DNA from: Blasia pusilla
Lineage: Eukaryota
Assembly (NCBI GenBank): GCA_050084515.1
Contig: CM114271.1
Span: 37,076,001 to 37,140,000 of the forward strand
Direction: 5' to 3'
DNA length: 64,000 nt
The translations under genes and the position numbers were made by a program. Shown here piece by piece: positions 53,560-64,000 of the stretch; positions within the stretch are counted from its first letter, which is position 1, and every line of letters begins with the position of its first letter. The notes under the pieces are model-generated. The model saw nothing but the letters and a program-made list of their open reading frames with translations, was not told the origin of the DNA and did not search any database.

Positions 53560-53950
53560 TCTTCCAATTGGTGAGTCCCGGAGATAGAGCTTTTAGTCCG
53601 CAGCGCGTCTTGTTGGATTCACGAGCGCAACCCTTGATGTTGGGGAAAGCGTCATTGAGAGGATACGATGAATGACGCTTTCCATTTCGGATACAAAAGC
53701 CAATGTGGAGCGTTGTCCATTTCGGATACAAACATCCTTGGATGGAGCCAGTACCACACAATATATCACCCGACATGAGGTCGTGGTGAGGATTCTCCCG
53801 GGACATCCTACAGATGAGTCCGTGGTGCGAGCCAAGGCGATAGTGATTGATATAGAGTCCTACGACGTCTTGGTTGGTGGAGCAGTGTTATACCCGATGG
53901 GGTTTTCCGTGGATTACTGGGAGGATTCAGCGTCCTACAGACCAGGATGA
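53560..53950 (+). pseudogene. Retropepsin-like aspartic protease
   Basis: RVLLDSRAQPLMLG (degenerate DSG active site) and a downstream YDVLVGG motif, with one frameshift between them. Confidence 0.7.
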
Positions 53951-54334
53951 CAGTCAGGTGATGGGCGCCTTAGCTCATTACCTATTCGATTCATATGTGC
54001 AGTGATCGAGCGACGGCCAGGAGAGGTGGCGACCTTAGCAGCATTTAGCAGTGCCATCACTTGGCCTAGTGATTTGATTGAGGGACATGTCCATGCAAAG
54101 GATACTCCCGTTCCTGACATTTCTATGGAGAGGATTATTATGGTAGCCGCATCATTCCGTGGAGGATAGGTGCCATTGTGGGGCTCCACTGAGGAGCTTC
54201 GACGATTGGCAGATGAGCACATGCAGACCGCGTGGAGCGAGGCATTTGCACCGGAGCGTGAACCCGAGGTAGCAGGGAGTGCTACGATGACACCCTTGGA
54301 TACCACACCCATTGTGTGGTGTATCACGGAGGAG

Positions 54335-55280
54335 GGTATTCGAGTGTTAGATCTCTTTGGAGGGATTAGCACCGGGTTAGCTGTTGTTTTGCAGGCATGA
54401 GTGCGAGTGCAGCAGTACCTATATGTGGAGAGTGATGATGTTGCGAGGCGCGTCTCACTACGACATATGGCACAGTTACGCCTATGTTTTCGAGAATTAT
54501 TGTCTACGTCTACGGTACAGGAGTACCAGAGTTCCCTACCAAGGGATATTTCATTGCTCGGGGCGCAGGACTTAGAGCGGGTAGGGACCATTGATTTGGT
54601 CATTGTCGGTTGGCCATGACAGGGCCCATCGAGTGTTGGACGAGGCAGTGGGTTGGCTGACACTCGGTCCATGTTGTTTTGGGAGATGTTGAGGGTCTTA
54701 CGGTAGTTGCAGGAGCATCAGTCTCGTTCTCCAGCCTACATTCTAAAGAATGTGCCAATCTTAGCAGACTTCAGGTCACGGGTGGTGACAAGTGCTTATC
54801 AGGTGCGTGCCCGGATCGGCCCAACAATATTCTTGGATGCGTCAAGTGTAGGTTCTAGAGCCCATCGCCCGCGTCTATGGTGGACCAAATTGGTGCCCAA
54901 TGCGGTGTTACGCAGGGCGTATGCGAGAGTGGAGCGCCCCTCCCATTTGTTAGTGGATTCCATTCTGGATCCAGGTCGTCGATTACAGGCAGTGAGGCAC
55001 GATGATCGACCACCGTTGACTGTGGTCAACAGGGTAGGCAAGTCGCGGGCAACCTTGCCCACGTTTGTGAGTTTTCCCGCTTCCTATGCATATAAGGAGG
55101 CCGGTCCTGGCTTGGTTTGGAATGACCAAGTTCAGCGGTTGGTGGAGCCCGACGTCGATGAGAGAGAGCAAGCGATGGGATTTCCCACAGGAGTGACGGC
55201 AATACCGTCAGTGTCAGAGGCATCACGACGCCATGTCTTGGGTCAAGAGATGGACCTGAACTGGTTGACATGGATCCTCA
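54335..55280 (+). pseudogene. C5 cytosine DNA methyltransferase domain, DNMT3-like, inside the retroelement polyprotein
   Basis: Motif I IRVLDLFGGISTGL, II YLYVE, III RDI, IV IDLVIVGWP*QG (catalytic Cys codon now TGA at 54617), VI YILKNV, VIII RAHRPRLWWTKL, IX EREQAMGFP, X RRHVLGQEMDL; all in one frame and in the DNMT3 motif order. Confidence 0.9.
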
Positions 55281-55639
55281 GCTTGGGAGTGGCTGAGCAG
55301 CGCCGTATGAGATCGGGACAAATCACAACGGTTGCGTTGGTGAGCCCCATGCCTACCGAGACGGTGGAGGCAGTGGCTGGGGGTGAGACCCGAGGAAATC
55401 TACACACTATGGGAGATCGGGAGAGACACCCTTGGACTTCTTGGGATGTTTTGCATGTATGCTTGGAGATGATAGCCACAGCATCGAGCGTGGTTCCGGG
55501 CACTGCACGTGGAGGAGATTAGAGTTTGCAGTTGGCTACAGGAGAGCGGCTGAGTAATGTTGTTCGAGACGGGATTGCACCATGGCAACCACCGATACCC
55601 GCGTCGGAGAGTCCTACCGTAGTCACGATGGAGACTTGG

Positions 55640-57065
55640 GAGCCAGATATGGGCCCTAAGTTGACAGGAGGAGAGCGGCGCCGGATACATCCGTTCGTCA
55701 GGAGTTATAGGAGCTGCTTTGCGTTTGGCATGGAGGATTTGGGTACGCTCAAAGGACCGGGGATCCGCATTGAGTTGTCGAATGATACGCCGATCTTCCG
55801 ACGACCCTACAGGTACAGTGATATGGAGAGGGCTCTGATTCAGAGTAGGAGCCACGACTTGGTCGGAGCTGGACTAGTGGAGATGTCGCATGGGGAGTAT
55901 GCATCTGCCATTGTCATGCCCGCCAAGAAGGATGTGCATGGCAACTGGACGGATAGGCAGATGTGTGGGGATTACCGACCTATCAATCAGTAGACGAAGT
56001 TCGATAAGTATGCCATGCCCACCCCTGAGGAGATATTTGATACAATTGGTCACGCAAAGGTCTTCAGTTCATTGGATTTGCGAGCCGGATATCATCAGCT
56101 ACCTATTAGATTGGAGGACAAGAAAAAGACAACATTTTGGGGCATCGATCCTCACGGGAAGGATTATTTGTACCAGTGGCGGTTCTTACCATTTCGGTTA
56201 AAGAACGCCCCGGCTGAGTTTCACAGGGTCATAGATAGGATCTTGGCTGGTTTGGATTTTGCTAGGTGTTATATTGATGACATCATAGTCTTTAGCGCCA
56301 CGGTTGAGGAGCATGAGCGACATCTAGAGGAGGTGTTTCGACAATTGCAATTACATGGGTTGAAGCTACATCCAGGCAAGTGCAAGTTCTTCTACAACCA
56401 AATTGAGTACTTGGGTCATACGATATATCCAAGGGGCCTTGGTGTTCAGCAGACGAAGGTAGAGGCTATCCCACGCATTCCACGCCCTACAGATGTGAGC
56501 CGTGTTTTCGCATTCATGGGATTGGCGAACTTCTATCAGTGGTACATCAAGGGATTTAATTTGATTGCGAAGCCGCTAACCTTGCTGACCAAGATGGATC
56601 ACGAGTGGCACTGGGGGCATGAGCATGAGCAAGCATTTCAGTTGCTCAAGGACAAGTTGACGTCTGCGCCCATCTTGAGGAGACCAATCAGGGGGCATCC
56701 TTTCCACTTGCACACAGATTGGAGCATGTTGGGGCTTGGAGCGGTGCTCACCCAGCATGATGATGAGGGTAGAGAGTTTGTGGTGGCTTATGCTAGCCTC
56801 TCGAACGACGGTGCAGAGGCAAAGTACAACTCGTTTGAGGATGAGTGATTGGCTGCAGTGTGGGCTGTCGCGCATTTCAAGTGTTACTTATTCGAAAATC
56901 CCTTTACCATCATCACTGATTATCAACCACTGAAGTGGCTGATGGAGTCCAACAAGATTACATGGAAGTTTGCGAGATGGGCTCTGTTGTTGCAAGAGTA
57001 TATTTTCACGTGGTACATAGATCTGGGACGCTCAACCAAGATGCAGATGGGTTGAGTCGTAACCC
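55640..57065 (+). pseudogene. Ty3/gypsy reverse transcriptase and RNase H
   Basis: PIFRRPYRYS, MCGDYRPIN, FSSLDLRAGYHQL, LPFRLKNAPAEF, CYIDDII, LHPGKC, LHTDWSMLGLGAVL, VVAYAS, IITDYQPLKWL and RWALLLQEY. Confidence 0.95.
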
Positions 57066-57438
57066 ATGCCCGAGTCAGTGAGATGCGACTGGAGCTCGAT
57101 GGCATGGAGAGAGTGATGAGGAGTCAGTGCCAGGATGGCACGCGTCAGCCTATTTAGGCATGTTGGCTATGGAGAGCCAGAGTGTGGAGACTTCGATGGC
57201 GAGGTCTAGTGGAGAGTCCTTGGATCCCGAGGCCAATGCGGAGACAACAGGTGGCCGAGATATTCATGCTGATGGAGTAGTCTTGGAGTACCTTCGTATT
57301 GGCAGCGTTGCGAGCACCGTGGATGTTAGAGAGCGGGATCGGATCCTACAGTGGGCCAGAAGGTTCCGTTGGGAGGGGACACATGTTTTGAGGGTTTGGG
57401 AGAATGGTAGAGTACGCGTAGTGCCGCATCCTCCGTAG

Positions 57439-57516
57439 AGAGCACGACTACTGCAGCATGGTCACGACGAGTTAGGTCACTTTGGGGTGAAGCAGACGTA
57501 CAGCTTGCTCCTAGGC
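57439..57516 (+). pseudogene. Integrase HHCC domain, N-terminal half (outer element)
   Basis: LLQHGHDELGHFGVKQTYSLLLG; continues at 62301 with MHTDVQQFVAMCMMC. Confidence 0.85.
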
Positions 57517-60500
57517 AATCTGTGCGCACGCCACCAACCATCCAGGAATAGTCAGGAAGTCGTGTAGGCCGTCGCAGACTCTCTCGTCGGCACAAACCTC
57601 CTCAACTTGCTAAACCGATCAACTATCACAAGTATAGCGTTGTATCCCTCAGATTCTGGAAGACTCGTAATGAAATCCATGCTAATGCTTTGCAAGGGTT
57701 CCTCCGGGATTGGCAAAGGATGAAGTAAACCTTGTTTCTTCGCATAAGACACGCAGTGATTAAGCTTAAGGAGTCACGATGTTTTCACATATTGAGCAAC
57801 ATCTTCCTTCATGTTGGGCTAGAAGAACCTCTTAGACAAAACAGCAAGAGTGGATTTCTCTCCTTTGTGTCCCGCCAAAGGTCCATCATGACATTCCACA
57901 AACACCTTGGTCCGTAGCTTGCCTTGGCCTACATAGATCCTGCTCTGCTTAAACCTTAGCAAGCCATGTCTCAAACTCAGATTGGCCACCTTCTCGCCCG
58001 CTTTAACTTCCCAAGGTACTCCTCGCTTGCTCATCCTTCATGTATCCTTCACTTAATCCTTCTTTCCAGGTCTGTTTGATTAGGGAACATTGCTCTCAAC
58101 ACTTGTGTCGTCGATGGCATGTGTTCATCCCTGCGACTTAACGCATCTGGAATGACATTGTCTTTCCCCGGCTTGTGGATTAGCTCCACATTCATCAACG
58201 CCAAGGTATCATGCCACCGAAGTTGTTTTGGCGTCACGCGATCCTGGGTCTCAAAAGACTTGAGTGATATGTTATCGGTGAATACTCGAGTCTTGTGAAG
58301 TCCCAAATAGTGACGCCACTTCCTCAAGCAATGAACCACCGCAAACAACTCTTTCTCATGAGTAGGCCATCTCCTTTCGGTGTCGGTAAGCTTCTTGCTT
58401 TTGTATGCTACAGGTCTCCCTTTTTGCACCAACATTCCTGCAATCGCGAAATCACTAGCATCCGTGTGCACCTCGAACGGTTGTTCAAACTCCGGCAGCT
58501 TCAGAACTGGTTCCTGCGAGAGGATCTCTTTGACTCGATTGAACGCTTTATCCACTTCCTCGGTCCATGTAGTATTGGAAAACTTTGCGGTCCAATCCGT
58601 GAGAGGTTTCACTATGCCCGAAAAGTTCTTCACGTATGTCCGTAAAATCGACACTCGATGAACCTTCTCATCCCCTTCACCGTGGAAGGCGGTTCCCATT
58701 CGGCAATCGCGCTTACCTTTTCCATGTCTGGACTCACTCCATCCGCACTAACCACATGCCCCAAGAACTTGATCTTTGTCAAACCGAACTCACTCTTATC
58801 CGCATTCGCATACAGCTTGTTTGCCCTAAGTTTCTCAAACATCGTTTTCAAATGTCGAGCGTGCTGCTCTAGTGTTTTCGAATAGATGAGTATGTCATCT
58901 ATATAGATGATCACAAACTCATCCGTCTCCTTGTGAAAGATGGAGTTCATCAAAGTGGTGAACGTCGGAGGCGCATTACAAAGACCAAAAGGCATTACTA
59001 CAAACTCAAACGAACCGTATCTCGTCCTACAGGTAGTCTTCTCTACATCCGCTTCGGCAATCCGAATCTGATAATATCCTGATTTCAGGTCAATCCGGCT
59101 GAAATATTTGGCACCTGACAATCGATCAAAGAGGTCATCCATCCTTGGTAGAGGATAGTTATTCCTTACCGTCACTTTATTCAGCGCCCGATAATCAACA
59201 CAGAGTCTCAACTTCCCATCCTTCTTCTTGACAAAGAGGACGGGCGCCCCATAAGGTGACTTGCTTGTTCGGATGTAACCCCTCTCTAGGAGTTCACCCA
59301 ATTGTTTCTTCAACTCAGCAAGTTCCTCTTGATTCAACCTATATGGTGCCTTTGAAGGTGGTTGAGATCCTGGTATCACCTCAATCTTATGATCAACCGC
59401 CCTATGTGGTGGCAACTCAGTCGGAAGCTCCTTAGTCAACACATCTTCAAAATTCTTTCACAACTCTCTTGAGTGTTTCAGGGATCCCTCTTGAAGCTGA
59501 GTTCTGATCTCTACATCTCGCGCTTGCATCATCCTCTACTCGTCTCATCAAGCAAAGGAATCCTTCCTCTAACTCGGCCAAACTTGTCCTCGTGATGGCG
59601 TTCACCAACTCCGTCTTTCTAGGCACCTCACGAACCAATCTGACGTCCGTCCGTTTGCCGTTAACCAAGACGCTCAACATCAAAGGTCTCCGCCTCAGTT
59701 CCACCTCATACGCATCCAAAAACGTGTTCCCCAAGACTCCGTCGATTCCGTCCATCTCGCAAACTGTAAAATTCTCCTTCAACTCAAATACTCCGCATCT
59801 CACAACTAGCCCTAAAACCAGATCTGATGTCTGGTGGGACTTGCCTCCCGCGAATCCTACCCTAATGGGTTCATCCGCCTTGGTGGTTGGCAATCCCAAA
59901 GTTTTTACGATTCTCGGACTCAAGAATGAGTGCAAAGCACCTGTATCAACGAGCAACATCACATCGGGATAAGCGATCTTGGATCCTAGGTAAACTAAAT
60001 TGGGCGTTCTCTTGGTGACTTGTAGAGATGTATCTAGATCTCCCTCCGATAAATGCTTAGCGGCAAACGCAATCATACTCGGTTTACTAACCTTGGGCCT
60101 AACACATTCCTTAGCCATATGCCCGGGTTCGCCACAATTGTAGCAAATCACTTTGGCATGCATTGACTTCGTAAACGGCGGACCCTTTGGCTTCGCGTTG
60201 AGTACCACTCGTTTTGCCGCTGGGGCGAGAGACCCTCCGTGGTCGCGCTCACCCCATTCCAAACCCTCTTGGATGTCCCTTTGTTCTTTCAGAACTTAGA
60301 AAACTTTTTGTCTCAAAGGGTTTGGTGTTGGACTTCATCGTCCCCAATCCGCTCGGCTAGTCTCAAGAGATACGCGCGACGCCTCTCGGGATGTGAGGCA
60401 TACAAAGAGAGCCTTCTCGGCACTCGGTTTGAGCCCACTTAGGAAGATCACCTTTTAGTATGTTCATCCGTGGAAAGTGCACTCATGAGCGCACTAAACT

Positions 60501-61122
60501 CTCGCACATAAGCGCCAAGTGATCCACTGGCGCAACCTCACCACCTCCATGCCATCGCGGTACTCTGATATTCGGAGTGAATCGGTTCCCAATCAACTCC
60601 TTGAAATCTTCCCAACTCAACGTTTTCCCACAACCTAGATGTTCTTTGCGGTGAGCCGCCCACCAATGGAGAGCGTGATCCTTCGAAACGTGACGCCTGA
60701 TCACCTTGTCTTGTTCATCGCTTTTGCGCTTTGAAATAGAGTTCGAGTTCCGTTAGAAACTCACTCACTTTCCGAGAACGCCCCATTCCTGTGAATGGCG
60801 TTGGCAAATTAGTCTTACAAAGCTTCTTGCCAGAACTAGAGGCTCCATTTGACTTGAATTCCGATATCACCTTGCTCTGTTCAACCATTTGGTCCGCCAT
60901 CACCTTCATCAATCCCATCATTTGGGTATAAAAGGCCGGATCGTTTAAGTTTGGACCCGAAGGTCCCGCGGAAAGATTTTCGGTTGGAACATCCTCATGT
61001 CTGGGACTCGGCACTTCGGGAGTCGCAAATTCCACCTCCGGCTCTCGGTCCGTCATTGATTCGTCTCTTGGCTTCTTTGCTTTGACTCGCGGTTTCCTCG
61101 GTTCTTCGCCCTTGGTCGCCAT
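57507..61122 (-). pseudogene. gag-pol of the nested element
   Basis: ORF pieces 61122-60715, 60704-60483, 60262-59447, 59442-58630, 58699-58049, 58034-57819 and 57752-57552, separated by frameshifts and stops. Confidence 0.9.
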
Positions 61123-61259
61123 TTGCGAGTCGTCGCCTTTTCTCAGATCTCCTCCTCGCCTCTTGCGTTCCTCCTCGGCATCGCGGTCTTCCGGCTACCT
61201 TGAGTTCTCCCCAAACGTCCCGATCTTCAACGACCCCAAGTTCACGCTCATCAAGGAAT

Positions 61260-61272
61260 GGCTTTGATACCA
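61260..61272 (-). promoter_or_regulatory. Primer-binding site, tRNA-iMet type
   Basis: TGGTATCAAAGCC on the - strand, 2 nt after the LTR end ...GCGCACGACA. Confidence 0.85.
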
Positions 61273-61274
61273 CG

Positions 61275-62299
61275 TGTCGTGCGCCTACTCTCCTTGAACG
61301 TTAATCTTGTTTGTTGCGGAAGCGTGCGTTCAGTAGGTCACGCTCTCAACGCTGATCTGCATCCAAACACGCACTTTGGTTAGTCGGGTCTTGGATCAAT
61401 CAGCGGGATTACTTTCCAAGTTCTCGTCTCGGACTCTCTCTTCAAGCTCAACCTTCCTAGTTTCGCGGTTTCCAACACGGGCAAGTCTCGAAAGACTTGG
61501 GACAGACTTTCTGGTCGATTCAGGAACCTGAAACGGCGTTTCGCGCTAGCGGTTCCTTCGTCCGATGAACATCCAATGAGTTCCTCACCAAGACTCGCAC
61601 GAAGTGAATCTTGGGTTGGAATCCAAGTGTGGCGTACAAAGTCCACTCCCTTGGATCAGGTTTGGGTTTCGGGTTTCCGCGCCAAACTCCCGTTTCATCC
61701 CGTGCCTCTGAAATGTCGTTTGGCGCCCAAAGTGGGGTTTTGTTTCCCGAGACATCTCAGAGAAGGTACTCCCCTTACTAGTACTTCTGGGGATCTCCGG
61801 GGCCCCTACATTTAGGAAAGACACAGGCCTCTCCATTGGCCCTCAACCCGATTGCTCTCTGAATCGTTTTCGGCCAATATCTCAGCCTGTACTTATGCGT
61901 TTGCTGAGATCTTTGGTGCGTTGGAAGCGTCTTAAGATCAGCTTTCCAACGCGCTCTTACTTGTTCCAAACGCATATCGGAGCTCAACGTTATGGTCCCA
62001 AACACAGTCAGATTCTCCCAAACGCTAGTCGTGTTCCAAACTGATTCTTACCTCTTTGGCAACCACCTCCCAAGACTCAACTCATCTCAAGTCTCGGCTC
62101 GCGTTTGGTCTAGGTTTCCTGGTCGCGACCACTAACGCATGAAATGCACAACTCTGTTCTGCGTTTTGTCTCTTAGACTTTTCCAAGAGAGTCTTCCAAA
62201 CGCCTCTCCAAAGCGCAAACCTCGCAACGTGAGTTCCTTTGAGTTCTGAAGTTTCGCTTGGCGCGTATTTGGTGTTGTTTGGTTATGAGGGTCGCGACA
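61275..62299 (-). repeat. 5' LTR of the nested element (1025 bp)
   Basis: The - strand reads TGTCGCGACC...GCGCACGACA; bounded by the PBS on one side and the resumed outer integrase frame on the other. Confidence 0.88.
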
Positions 62300-63467
62300 C
62301 ATGCACACTGACGTTCAGCAGTTTGTTGCCATGTGCATGATGTGTGATCGAGTCTGAGCATCATTCAATGCTCCGACTCCACAGTTGCATCCATTATCGA
62401 TCATGGGCCTAGGGTATAGATGGAATTTGGATTTTGCAGGACCTTTGCCTTTGACGGAGCGTCACAATCGTTATGTGTTGGTGATGGTCGAGCACTTCTT
62501 GAAGTGGATCGAGTTGGTTGCATTTCCTGACAAAGCGAGTGAGGGAGTAGCTTATGCCTTCCTTGACAGAGTGTTGAGTCATTATGGCACACCGGCTGAG
62601 GTGTTGACAGACCATGGTACCGAGTTTCGCGGTGAGTTCCAGGCCTTGTGTGATCAGGCGCTGATCAATCACCGCACGACTTTGTGAGATCATCCCGAGG
62701 TGGATGGATTAGCATAGAGAGTTGTGCAGACGGTGAAGAGGGGTCTACACAAGTATGGCTTGCAGAGAGGTCAACTAGGAGATTGGGACCTCCAGTTTCC
62801 GTGGTTGGTGATGGGATACAGATTCAGCAGGCATGCATCCTTAGCATCTTTTTCATCGTACTTGCTACTTTATGGCCGAGAGCCAGATTTACCAATGGCC
62901 ATTTTTCAAGATGCTGGTGAGGTGCTGGACCGTGATGACCCAGATGTATGGATGTGAGCATGTTCTCAGAGGGCTGAGTTGTTCCGGAGAGTGATGTCAA
63001 TGGCGTTCAAGAACTTGGCGATTGCGCATCATTGGAATACGTTGAGGTATGTGACTTTTCGGAGTGGTGGTTATCGACCAACTATCTGGAGGTTTCATCA
63101 GGGAGATTATGTCTACTTGCAGCAGACGGCATCGACGATATTGGATGTGACTACACGGCGCACTATCCTGAGAGTGCGTGACGTTTTGCCATCAAATGTT
63201 CTCTTGCTGGAGGGACGCGATGGTATGGTATGGAAGGACCATGTGCGTAATTGTGCGTCATGTCACCTTCCTAACATTGATGGTACAGTAGATCCGAGCT
63301 CAGTAGTAGCTCTTGCAGGCTTCCGTTGTATGTTGTGTGGTTCTGCTCGTGGTGCGGCCACGATGCTAGTCTGTGATGGATGTTCACGAGGTTGGCATAT
63401 GGCATGTGTGACGCCACCTCTCATTAGGGTTCCTCGGGGACGATGGATGTGTTTTAGATGTACATAG
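62300..63467 (+). pseudogene. Integrase core and C-terminus with PHD finger (outer element)
   Basis: CMMC, WNLDFAGP, VLTDHGTEF, DGLA*RVVQTVK (catalytic Glu codon now TAG), RFHQGDYVYL; C4HC3 PHD at 63327-63461: CMLC...VCDGCSRGWHMAC...WMCFRC. Confidence 0.92.
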
Positions 63468-63783
63468 CGGAGATACTAGGTAGGTTTTGAGTCCGACTTT
63501 TTCTATGACATGGATGACAGGAAGGCACCTAACGATGGGGCCACATGAGCACCCGGCCTTTCTGCTCTTAGCGTCCTAGAGATGTATGTTGTGGTAGGTA
63601 GGGATAGATGGCTATCTGGAGTTAGAGGAACCTAACCACCAGTTAGGGGGACGATTGGAGATATTTTGGTACTTCTTGCCTCTGTGTATGGATGCCATGA
63701 GTTAGCATGGGATTGTGTGTGTTTATGAGTGTGTGTTCGATGACAGCAATGTATGTTGTGAAGCGATGTGTATGCGCACGACA

Positions 63784-64000
63784 TGGGCCCAATGCAGATC
63801 TGACGTAAGCCAGTGTGGGCTTAGGGCGGGCTACAAGCGGGCCGATTCTTTCCTGGCTCCCTTAATCTGAGCCCTAGGGTTTGGGAAAAATCCGAGCAAA
63901 GGACCCATTGGGCATATCCGTCCCATGGACGGTCATATCCACTTCCATGCAACCGTGGTCCAATTAAACCCCAAAGCTAACTTCTCAATCCATCACATGC
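63784..64000. repeat. GGGCC-rich repeat, possibly the continuation of the LTR interrupted at 49287
   Basis: Composition resembles 49240-49286; GGACCCATTGGGCATAT...ATGCAACC also matches the reverse complement of ~32185-32227. Confidence 0.4.

Larger units (their letters stand above)
57507..62299 (-). mobile_element. Nested Ty3/gypsy LTR retrotransposon (Tcn1/chromovirus-like by recalled similarity), 3'-truncated
   Basis: 5' LTR 62299-61275, PBS, Gag with CYNCGEPGHMAKEC, protease LLVDTGA, RT (LCVDYRALNK, IYIDDILI), RNase H (VHTDASDFAI), integrase HHCC plus ISMDFITSLP; breaks off at GWWRAHRLPRS with no 3' LTR. Confidence 0.92.
49287..63783 (+). mobile_element. Ty3/gypsy-type retroelement carrying a DNMT3-like methyltransferase and a PHD finger; decayed, with nested insertion
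   Basis: Domain order Gag-PR-DNMT-RT-RH-IN-PHD; termini TGTCACGAC...GCGCACGACA; flanks CGGG and TGGG (4-bp TSD with one transition). The coding content is secure; the boundaries are inferred. Confidence 0.8.

Noticed and set aside
54335-55280. Bacterial restriction-modification methylase or contamination
   Set aside because: In frame with retroelement domains, DNMT3-like motif wording, no restriction gene, and embedded among spliced plant genes.
53333-62693. ORFs antisense to the retroelement genes (e.g. 53935-54672, 55400-55855, 59592-59972)
   Set aside because: Shadow frames of genuine coding sequence on the opposite strand.
49287-63783. DIRS element or Ginger DNA transposon
   Set aside because: It has a DDE integrase rather than a tyrosine recombinase, and it has Gag, protease, RT and RNase H, which Ginger elements lack.

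Overview
Eukaryotic plant nuclear DNA; the TE content suggests a non-seed land plant, but the species cannot be determined from sequence alone. Three host genes are supported: the 3' part of a spliced ABC1/COQ8 kinase (1-3005, +), an intronless plant-specific unknown protein (23111-23587, +) and a two-exon GT14-like/DUF266 glycosyltransferase (44719-46335, -). Between them lie AT-rich decayed TEs (Ty1/copia RT remnant, mini-Helitron termini, an intron-containing Rep/PIF1 Helitron, minisatellites). The main point of interest is 49287-63783: a decayed Ty3/gypsy-type element whose polyprotein reads Gag-CCHC-protease-DNMT3-like C5 cytosine methyltransferase-RT-RNase H-integrase-PHD finger. It has TGTC...GACA ends and a probable 4-bp TSD but no recognisable LTR pair, has a 686-bp non-coding relative at 32628-33313, appears to sit inside another LTR, and carries a truncated, oppositely oriented Ty3/gypsy element in its integrase. 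All family assignments come from recognising motifs by eye; no searches were run.
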